64,000 nt of DNA, taken from Dudresnaya verticillata (Eukaryota). The stretch covers positions 1,054,001 to 1,118,000 of the forward strand of contig OZ374560.1 in NCBI GenBank assembly GCA_977862235.1. Direction: 5' to 3'. The notes under the pieces are model-generated. The model did not search any database, had not been told where the DNA came from, and worked only from the letters and a program-made list of their open reading frames with translations. Of this stretch, positions 1-10,206 are shown piece after piece. Made by a program: the position numbers and the translations under genes. Position 1 is the first letter of the stretch, and the number at the start of each line of letters is the position of its first letter.

Positions 1-899
1 ATCTTGCCGCTCCGAACCTTTTCACGATGTCCTTCGCACACGCCCCATCCTTGTACAAGTCGGCTACATCCAGGGACTCCATTTTCTGGCCCACTTCCAC
101 CACATCAAATGTTACGTTCTGCAGCTCTGTCAGACATTGACGGTGTACAGCCGGGTTTCTGTGCTCCATTCTGTTCTTTTCGATAGTTCCATCCATTTGC
201 CATGCACGATTCAAGTACAATGGCATGTAGTCCTGCATAACGGAGCGTGAGCCACTTCCGAGACTCGATGAGGGGTGCTTCCTGTTCCAGCAGTCATCTC
301 AATATCACGGTGGCGGGCTGTGGTCTTCATTATTGCTTCGTGCCGTAAACGGTCGTGAGAGATGTATTACAGGATCTATTGTTCCCGCTTCTCTCCACAA
401 AGTATATGGGAGAGATACAGAACGCATCACATGAACCTGGGATTCGGATTGCCCACGTACTACTTCGCACGCGTCTTAGCACACGTTGTTGTCCTACCCA
501 AATTTGATTGACGAGAATCGGAATCTCCCGTCCACCACCGTTTCGGTTGCACTCAAACTGTACGGTCGTCTCCTGGGCAGTTACAGGACGTAAAGACACG
601 TATCTTTATTCCGTCGTTGAAAGAAAGCACACAGGATCCCCATGCGATATATAGTGTGATGCCGGTCTTCAAGGCCTAGACTATAGCGGTAGTCTGTGCG
701 GTCAACGCGGGAAGGCTCACTTGCCACCTTGCACGCCTCTTCTGGGGTTTGACTAAGTTCTTGACTTCGCTCTACAATCCTTCACGGCCATCTAGGTAAT
801 CACCTTCATATTCGGAATGGGTGGTGGGAAGTGAAAGTCGAGAGGTGCTGGACCTAAACATATTCCTCGATCGACACAGACCGCAAAAGCTCCATTCAC

Positions 900-2140
900 C
901 GACAAAATAGATGGTTCCGTCAACACAAGAGTAGAGCCCGCTTCCTGTATTCAATTGACGGCCATTCGTCCTATTGTGAGGTCTGGAGTGGAGCGTTTAA
1001 AGGCGCGCCTTGATGTACCCAGACATTTTAATTACGATGGGAGCGTCAGAGACAGCATCATATCCAATTGCACTAGCTCGAGGACCGCCGCGATCCTCGA
1101 GCTAGTGCAATTGGATATGCTGCTGTCTCTGACGCTCCCGTCGTAATTAAAATGTCTGGGTCCTTTCGATCTTTAGTAATTGAGCACTTCCAACAAGAAA
1201 GACGGAACGTCATACGCGCAAAAGGAATCCGTGGAAATGTCAAACAATCGAGCGAAATGGTATGGAGTAGTGGACGGGATGCACAGACTTATAGCTATCA
1301 CAGAACTCCGGGAGGAGGATTACGAGACGTGGAAACCTTTTTCATGGCCTGTTACTGTTCTTAGAGGGAGCCATGAATTGTAGTCACTTCAAAAATTCGC
1401 TCGTCACCAGAATGACAAGCATGATTCTTCATTCTACATCGAGACTACTTTCTTCGATACTCTTCGAGGCCTGAGAGAGGACGCAGATCGTCTCACAGCG
1501 GGGAATGGCGAAAAACGTCAGACCGCCACGAGGATTGCTGAAGCTTTTGACGGATGCAACCATTTCAGGGACAATACTGTTAAACAGACTGCCCAGACTG
1601 TCCTTAGACTTGCCCGCGCAGTGATTGACACAGTCGGAGCCATTATAAGCGAGGAGAGGGCTGATTTGTTGTCAATTCGAACTACAACTGTGTATCACAA
1701 CGACATCAATAAGAGTATGGACTGTCGAGTGTACCGCAAGTTCATCAATATAACATCTCTCAAGTCCACAACAGTGTTCATGAACGCGTCGAAAGCACCG
1801 GATGGTGTACAAGCACAGATTGCGACTTTATACCGTTTGCGATAATTGCACCGCTTACAAAACTTCAAACCGCTGTCTTACCGGTACGCTGTGGAACAGT
1901 TTCAGAAGGCCACCGCTACTCTTCGCGAGGTTCGTAGGTTTGAAGCTCTCCGGGAAAGTCACAAGTGGTCAGAGGCCATGCAGGTGCTTCACTCGAACCT
2001 TCTCAACACACAGAAGATGGAGGATGAGGTTGCGGAGAATATAGGAAATGACAAGGACATTGTGGCATCTATACTGTAAATGTACAGGGATATCTGTCCC
2101 CAGGAAGCTGCTGATAACGGAGAAGAAGCACGCCTACTTG
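900..2140 (+). pseudogene. Degenerate ParB/Srx-like domain protein with a downstream helical/HTH-like region
   Basis: Collinear + strand fragments (955-1146, 1180-1383, 1621-1845, 1846-2079) are joined by in-frame stops and frameshifts. WYGVVDGMHRLIAITEL matches the ParB-N 'vvDGxHRlxA' signature. Boundaries are approximate. Confidence 0.55.
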
Positions 2141-3189
2141 TTTAAGAGCATTGGCGGAAATAAGACAACACATAGTTCAGGACATTGTCCAGATAATGCC
2201 TCTCTGGAAGGGCCGCACTTGTATTGTGGTAGTGCCGAGCGCAATGATTGTGGAGATTCCGCCCCTTCACCAAAACCTGGGGCACCTGTTGATAAACAGT
2301 ATTGCAAGTCTGTCGCCGCGGGATGTGTTGACAGTACTACTGGTTCCGGAACAAACCCTTCAGAACCGCAGTAAAACGAGCAAGAATCACCAAATGAGGA
2401 TGGCACAACACATGAACACGAGAAAGGGACCCCAATAGCCATGCTGGAGACACCGGGGAGGACACGAATTTCCATCTGGACGGGAATGAAAAACATACAC
2501 GATCGTCCGCGTCTACTATACAGTCTGAAAAGCTCGAAACATCGGTTACTGAAGAAGTCGATGCACTGAATTCAATGAGTTCAATCTTGATGCGACTTTC
2601 TATACTAGCAAGCAACTTTGGTCGTAAATGTGAGGGAAGTCACCACCTCTATGCAGCAAGAGGTGAAGAGCTTTCAATTCAAGGGAACGTCGTTTCATTT
2701 GAACAAAAGACGCTTTAGGCTGGGAAGCACCGGGATCGATGGGAATCGGGGGATCGATCTAGTGCGTCAGACTAGAAAAAGGCACAGGTGCTGCGTTGGT
2801 GAAGACTGTGTGAAAGATTGCTCGCATAAGTCTTTCCCACACAGCCCCTAAAATTCGGTCCGAGGATGGTTCCGGTTGTACACGATGTTGCTGAGAACAA
2901 ATACTGCACAATTGCATATTCTGCATATCTCAACCTCATATATCAGCTTCTGAAGCTGATATATGAGGTTGAGATATGTGCCCCAAAACCGCGGGTTAAA
3001 GCGTTGCTTCCATGCTTAAAGGGAGCGAATGACGCACTTGTAGAAACGTTTCAAGTGCCATATGATGTCATGAGCGCATGCTGCAACGAATAGAAAGTAG
3101 CCATGAGTCGAGTCGTTGACTTCCAACTGCATTCGTGTAGTGTCAGGGTCGAACGATGGCTCAATGCAAGTCTGACATGTTCAGACTGG

Positions 3190-3620
3190 GCGGCTAACCC
3201 AAAGGCATGCTACGGGCCATACAGGCTTTGTCACGAGTATTTCAGTAAGTAGAGACGGTGGGCGTGTAGTTTATGGGTCATCTGACAGGATAGTTCGTGT
3301 GTGGGGTGTTGACCAAGGTTTGTTTGCCAAGGAGCCTCTGGGGGGCCATATGGACTGGGTTTATAGCGTGGCAGTGAACCCGGCCAGTGCCCGTGTCGTG
3401 TCACGATCTCCTGACACTACAATTAGCGTGTGGGATGCTGAGGCCCGGAAGCAAGTTGGAAAGCCTCTAACTGGAAATGCGGGCTCAGTCTTGAGTGTAG
3501 TGATAAGCAATGACATTATTCGTGTCGTGTATTGTCCGGCTCAATTGATAGGACCGTTCGCGTCTGGGACGCAAAGGGAAAGGAACAAGATGGAATGTCT
3601 ACGACGGGTGGCATAGGCTC
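3190..3620 (+). pseudogene. WD40-repeat gene fragment
   Basis: About three decayed repeats of the type PLxGHxDWVYSVAVxPxxxRVVSxSxDxTIxVWD (ORF 3299-3616 and flanks), with stops and frameshifts. Confidence 0.8.
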
Positions 3621-4610
3621 TGTGAGGGGGATGGGGTAAGTAGGGATGGCTTTCTATTGGTTTCAGGGTCGCGTGGTGGAACAGTTCGACTTTGGAATGC
3701 AAACACAGGGAGAAGAAAATTGGCGTGCCACTGCTGAACTCAGAATTAAGTTTAGAGGTGAGCTCTGACTGCGCTCTAGTACGGTTTCCGGTTCCCAAAA
3801 TCGTGTTCCAGCGTGGGTAGAGCTTTAGCCGTCAGCTCCGGTTCCGGTCCCATGCAATTCCAAGCGCTTGCTCTACAAACGTGCAAGCTAACATACTTGA
3901 CCCCCGCTCCTTCGCCGCGCAGGACGAGCGTTCATCGGGAGAATAATGCGCGCAGTTGGGCAGAAGCGAGGCCGGGAAGGAATAAATTACAGTTCTGCAG
4001 TACTCTGCACGTTGCAGTGTGACCTGTATTGAACTAACGAGTTGTTCTGCATGTTGCGGCAGCGTATGCTGTGCGGCTGCAGCTTATACTGTGCGGTGAG
4101 GCGCCCATGGAAGTAGCCTAGGTTACCTCAAAATCCGAAGTAAAAATCTCAGAAATTACAGCAGAATTAATTATTTCAGACTCGCTGCTGGGTTAGCACG
4201 CAAACCGACATAACTCCGGAACTACCTCTTAGTTTTCTATTCCGTTTGCACCGGCGCGTTCAGGGGATGCTCCCCTTTCCAGCTCATTTACGTAGGAAGC
4301 GTTTTATTTCAGTCTGTTTTTGAAAGTACATTCTGAAACGCGGGAAACCTGTGTTGTAACTCCGAATGGGACTGACGATGACGGCCAGCTGGAACCGATG
4401 GACACCGAGACGGAATATTCCCCCCGTGGATCTGTGCCCTTGGTACCGTCGCCTAATGCCTGGGTAGCCTCAGAAAGTGCTGAGGTAGCAGCCGATAGCG
4501 ACGACGGGGCTGAGGCTGACATCACCGACGACCCATGGTTGCTTGGTGAAAGCGCGTGGATTAGCCACTCGTATTGAACACTCACTGAGCATACACGTTA
4601 GTAGTACAAG

Positions 4611-6066
4611 AAGCGGTTGGTCCGCGTGAAAATGTCCGTTGTTCATCAACGTAAAGAAATAAATTCAGCCTTCCTTGACTGACCGGGTTGGCTCCGTAGT
4701 TAGTATTGCCGGTGCTGTTCCATGCACCTGGACACGAAGCGTATGCATGCAACCAGGATGATCGAGGAATTTGAGCGGCGGAGCGGTATTGGAACAGACG
4801 CTACCTATCTAACGGTGTTGAAGTCGCCTGCCCCACGCTTGGGTTCATCTGACCGCGATTGCCGTAGCGCGCTTGGCGCGCAATACCCTCGTAATAGTTA
4901 CCGCGGAAGCGGATTAGCCGCGTACAGATGCTCACTAAAGGGCAGCGCGAGGGCTGCCAACGTTTGAGGCACAGTCGTGTCTCGTGGTGTGGCTCGCGTT
5001 AATATCCATCGTCCTAGGTGACCCGCGGGGTGACGCTGGACAATAGCCGAAGCGGTTCATCCGCGTGTTTGGCTACTTGTTGATAAACAACGTCGCTGGG
5101 TCGCCTCCCCTAAGTGCTGTTAGGCTCGACGCGTTGTAGAAATCGGCGAGAATCCGTTAGCCTAGCTGCGAGTGAATCCCCGTTGATTGTCAACGTAAAT
5201 GAAATCGGTCTCCTTTGACGTGTGCATAGTTCACGGAGCGAGCGGTTATTCGCGAAACGGAGGCTCGTGACCGTAACAACCAAAGCGGTTCGCCCGCGTG
5301 GGAATCGTCGTTACTTGTCAACGAGTTACCCATCACCACTTTGCGACCAGCGTAGCGTGTGTGTCATCATCGAGACTCTTCGGAGCGGCTTATCCGCGTG
5401 ACGGAATCGTTGGCCTGTCAATTGTGCTGCGTCAATATTCGCGAGGATCACCCGCATATTGATACCCGTTGTTTCATAACGTCCTTTCGTCCCCTGCTAC
5501 TGTAACCAGCGTTCGCATGGACACCTGTGTCCAAGTACGCCTAGTCTGATTAGGAGCGGCAGCCGACGCGGTTGATCCGCGTAGAGATGTTCGCTGATCC
5601 CCAATCGTAAATGCCAAAGCCCGACGCCTTTGTCTGGGGGCTTTCCTTTGAAACGTCGTTAGCGTGAACGGGACCCGTCGCTTTCCCATTGCAGTCGACA
5701 ATGGCAATCGAAGCGGCCTTTACGCGTTTGAATAGCCATTTGTCATTGCCAACGTGCCAAAGTTCTCGCCCCGCTACTGCTTAGCGTGGTACATTGCGCA
5801 GGCGTGACAGGACCTCCTATTGAAGCAGTCTGTGCGCGTGGATGCGTTCGCATGAGCAAGTCCGGCACTTCCGGGTGGGACCCGATAATAATATGCACGG
5901 CCGTAGTAGAGGCCGGGCCAATGTAGGTCGTCACTATTATGTCGTGTAATAGCAGTTGTTAGGCATGGGGCGTGATATCCGCAGATTCATGTTAGTCGGT
6001 TCACAACGCTTCTTCGGTAGCTGAAGCGGTTGATCCGCGTAAAGAGTGTCCGTTGTCTGCCAACGT
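4611..6066. repeat. Dispersed array of ~10 degenerate double-palindrome motifs, GCGG-N5-CCGCGT ... CGTTG-N5-CAACG
   Basis: Copies start at about 4611, 4907, 5050, 5170 (second half only), 5240, 5283, 5383, 5567, 5711, 5823 and 6024. Example: AAGCGGTTGATCCGCGTAAAGAGTGTCCGTTGTCTGCCAACGTA at 6024. Confidence 0.75.
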
Positions 6067-6298
6067 ATCCCAACTACTTCTCCTCCGTGCAGCGGTTTGC
6101 TGTTAGCGCGTCTTTTCCTTCGTAGTATCGATACGGCATGTAGTCTAGTTGGAGCTGCCGCGGCTTCTCCGCGTGGAGGTGCGAGGTGACGATCGGCGTG
6201 GGTAAAATCGCGGTTTGACCCACATCCTCGTTACCCGCACCATAGCCAACGCTGGTGACAGTCCCCATGATTGGCGTTGCTTTTGACTAAGGGGCATC

Positions 6299-8990
6299 CT
6301 AGTCGACCATGGCGCGATGAAGATTGCTGGGTGTTCCCAATTTCGCCTTGCGGCAATATCATAGGACTTGACTGCGGGGTAGGTTTTCGATCGGCTCGAG
6401 GGTGTTGGAAGAACTTGGGTATCCAAACCATTTGACCTCGTAGAGGGTACCCTCATCGGCGTGTTCATGGTTAACCACTTGGTCTATGAAAAATATTGTA
6501 CGCGGAGCTCCCGCGGTAGTGGGTGCAGTAGGGGCGCCGCTACTGTAGAGCGAGGATGAGCCTCAGTATGATGAATCGTGGGTATGACCACTGGATTTTG
6601 ATCGAATGTCACGCGCCTTGCTGTGGCGGCGCTACTATTATTTTGTTGCGGGGTTGACCCGTTGTGGTTTGGAGTAGACGCGCACCTCGGCGCGGTTGAG
6701 CGACGGTTGCGCGGGGGTTGACCTCGGCGAGTGTTGGTGTCGACGAGCTCTACGTATTTCGTTGCTCGTCGGGGCTGGCTCCGCCTTTGCCCACACCATG
6801 AGTGTTCACGGCACGCGCGAGTTTTCTTGTAGACGCACTAACCGACGACGATTCGTGAGAGCTGTAGAGGTTGTCCTCGCTTGATCGAAAGAGAGCGTCA
6901 TTGACCGTCTTGGCGCGCATGACATCTCGCGATACGGAATCATGGCTAACCACGTCGTCCACTGCAGTGTTACAGTGGCTACCCACTTGCTCTAAGCGTC
7001 TATGGACTAGGCCGGTCGGGAAGAGCATGCTCGCGTGGTCGACTCGATCGTCGACGTTGACTTCGGAGGAGTGGGACTCCGCGGCTGCGTCGTGCTTGGC
7101 CGGGTTGGACTGTAAACCACGTATAGTAGCTTCCTTCGTTACTTGGGCACGAGACACTAGTTGGTCTTGTGTCACGTGGTTGTACACACCCTCAACACTT
7201 CGCTTCCGTGGTCCCTTATCGACGTTAACAATATCAGCGACGCGCTTGGAGCGTTCAACCGAGTGGTCTCCAGTCGATAGCGGCAACTTAGACTTACTTC
7301 TTGCAGAATGCTGCACCGCCTTTAAACTAGGCGAGGACGTCGTTTCCGACCGCGGAGCACTCTCGTGGTCACCCGCGCGTAGTGTCGGCATCTTGGTTTG
7401 GCCATTTCCAGACAGGGGGTGACTAGATCCCGGAGATGACTCCGATTGCATATCGTTTGTTGTCCGCGGTGGTCCCGCTGTTTTGCCGAGCTCCCCTTTG
7501 TCAGGGGCCACCAAAGGCGGCCCCAGTATTGCATTAGACTCTGGGTAGTGTGAGCTTGGGGCCTGGTCCTCGGGTTGACATTGGCCTATCTGTCTGCCGG
7601 GGGACGGCGTGAATGTATTTCTACTAGTTGCCGGCGCCGGCGTGGGAGATGCGGTAGTACGAAAAGCAGAGGGAATCCTCGTTATGATTCGCGCATACTG
7701 TTGGCTGTTGCCAATTCCAGGATCGCCCTCTGGCGGCAGATCAGCCAATCCACGTTCGCGATTAATTGGAGCAGATTGCAGCGTAGGACTTGGCAATTGC
7801 CTGTTGGTTTCGCGACGCGGTCCGCTGTCTCCTGGCGCAGGAAGTGCTTCCACGTTATCCACTCGTGCCCTCTCGCCATCGGTTGCAGGAGTGGGCTCGG
7901 GTGACGGTGCCAAGACCACTCTGGCGCGGAAAATTAGCTCTTGCTTTTCGTTCCCCGTGTCGAAAACGACGCTGTCGCCTTCGGCTTTCACCACCCGATA
8001 CGGCCCGACGCTAATCGGCGCAAGCTTATGCTTGGGGGCATCCCTGCCGTAGTATTCTTTCCTGAAGAAGACGTACGAACCGTCGCTGATCACTTCTGCG
8101 GGTAACCGCACTCTCGCGCCGAAATCGCGTTCGTATCGCGCCTGGGACTTGGCGCGTTCCTTACTCGCGGTTTCCATCAATCCGCGTAACCATTCCTGCC
8201 ACTTTTCGCGATATTTCGCCGTCGACAGGAAGGTCCATAGTGAGGGCTCATCCTCGATAGCTAGCGGTGACGGTGGGCGCGATAGAACCAATTGGAAAGG
8301 AGCTAATTTCGTCGTAGTTTGGACCTGCGTGTTGTAAGCGTACGTGAGTGCGTCGCTGAATAAGTCCCAATCACGCGGGTGGTGCGCGACGTAGTGGCAT
8401 AGGCTGGATAGGATAGTCCGATTAAATCGCTCGACTTGCCCGTTAGTCTGGGGATGGTACGTGGTTGTAAACATATTCTTGACACCAAAGAAGCCAGAGA
8501 TAGATTGGAAGAGCTTCGCAGTGAACTGCGGTCCATTATCCGACAGTAATGTCTTCGGTGGTCTGTAGACGAAGACGCAATGGTGGACGAACGCTTTCGC
8601 GATCTCCATCGCCGATATCCTTTTGAGCAGTATAGTCCGCGTGAGCTTTGAATAGCGGTCTACAATAATCAGTAGAATCAGTTGCCACGCTTGGACTGGA
8701 TGCGTTCTCCGAGGAGGTCAATCGAAACCTGTTCAAACAGCGCTGTCGCCGGGAATAACCGTAGATACTTGGACACACGTCGTAGTTTGACTCGATTCCG
8801 CACGCACGTAACGCAATTCCGAACCGTGGTGTAGCAATCGACTTCAATTGAAGGCCAATAAAAGTGGCAACGTAGCGAGTAGAAAAGCTTGCGTCCACCC
8901 GGGTGACCGGCAATCTTCGCATGATGTGTCATGTGTAGGACACGTACTCGAAGCACGAAGGGAACCACGACCTGAGGTCGGCTTCGACAG
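6299..8990 (-). pseudogene. pol: Gypsy integrase (HHCC, DDE core, GPY) with a long linker and C-terminal chromodomain, disrupted
   Basis: 8678-8968 has H..HPGGRKL..C..C. 6750-8609 has LSDNGPQF, TTYHPQTNGQVERFNRT and GPY. 6299-6500 translates FIDQVVNHEHADEGTLYEVKWFGYPSSSNTLEPIENLPRS (chromodomain) with an internal TGA. Confidence 0.9.
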
Positions 8991-9013
8991 TTCGGACTAG
9001 AATTCCGTCATCA

Positions 9014-10206
9014 TTAGCGCGAAAGGGCAGCACCTCCCCCGTTGAGACGCGAACGCAAGGGAGTGCACAACGCGTCTCCCAACTGGGCACGAAGCAGTTC
9101 TTCTGTACAAATCGGCCGAAGCAGGTCTTCGTCTTGTGGAGGCGGAGTGGTCACCAATACCCGATCAAACGTGTCGTAGTCTTGAGAGAGGAAATCCTCG
9201 TCATCTGCTTCATTAGCGTCGTCGGCCACGAAACATGGGATGTAGTTATCGATGGGTTCCTGGGTCTCACCCGAAATGCGCAAACGAGAAAGCGCGTCGG
9301 CCTGGGTATTCAGCCTTCCCTTCTTGTACTTGACATCAAAGTCGAACTCCGAGAGGCGTAGGCGCCTTCGAATCAGCCGACCAGAGGGGTCGTTGATCTC
9401 CATGAGCCAACGCAGTGACGAATGGTCCGTGTGGATCATGAAATGCTCCAATTGGAGGTATGGACGCAACGTGGTGACCGCCCACACGACCGCGAGACAC
9501 TCCTGCTCGGATATGGAATAGTTTTTCTCCGCTGCTGTCAGTGACCGGGAGAAGTACCCGAGTGGGCGCCGTTCGCCTTCGGCGGTTGTTTGAAACAGCG
9601 CATACCCTACTTGATACTGACTGGCGTCGGTATCGACGGAATATGCGAGACCCGGCTTGGGTAATCCCAAAATTGGTGGTTTGATCACCGCCTTAATTAG
9701 CGTGCAGAAAGCCGAGTCTTCTTCAATTCCGAACGGTGTCAGTTGCACCCGCTGGTATTTCTTGAGTAACGTATTGCGTGGAGCAGCCACGTGTGCGTAG
9801 TCGGGGACAAACCGCCGGTAGACATTACACAGACCCAAAAAGGAGCGCAACTCCGTCTGGTTTCGAGGGTGTTGTGCCTCGCGTAATGCTGCGACCGCGG
9901 TTTGGTCGATACCGAGTTGACCGGGTCTTATGACGTGCCTGAGGTACGTGACGTTTTTCGTGAAGAAGTCACATTTCGTGAGCTTCAGAGTCACCCCTGC
10001 TCTTCGTATCGTAGCGAGGATTTCCTCGAGGTGTTGGTAATGTGAGTCGATATCGCGCGAGTAGATGATCATATCGTCTAAATAGACGAGGCAAGTCCTC
10101 CACTTGAGTCCCGATAGGAGTATATACAAAGCGCACTGAAACGTCGCGGGCGCATTAATGAGCCAGAAGAGCATTCGGCGGTAGCGTAACAGGTCCGCGT
10201 GACAGG
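9014..10206 (-). pseudogene. pol: Gypsy reverse transcriptase (C-half) and RNase H
   Basis: NAPATFQ, YLDD, LRSFLGLCNVYRRF, DTDAS, NYS..EQECLAVVWAV, TDHSSL and ADALSRL. Confidence 0.93.

Larger units (their letters stand above)
4320..10206 (-). mobile_element. Truncated, degenerate chromovirus-type Ty3/Gypsy LTR retrotransposon (RT C-half, RNase H, integrase, chromodomain, 3' non-coding region)
   Basis: The pol fragments closely resemble the intact pol at 39850-44523. RT is cut at ~10206 by a MULE terminus. No LTR was identified, so the left boundary is tentative. Confidence 0.85.

Noticed and set aside
4611..6066. CRISPR array
   Set aside because: The repeats are degenerate and irregularly spaced, there are no cas genes, and the context is a eukaryotic retrotransposon.
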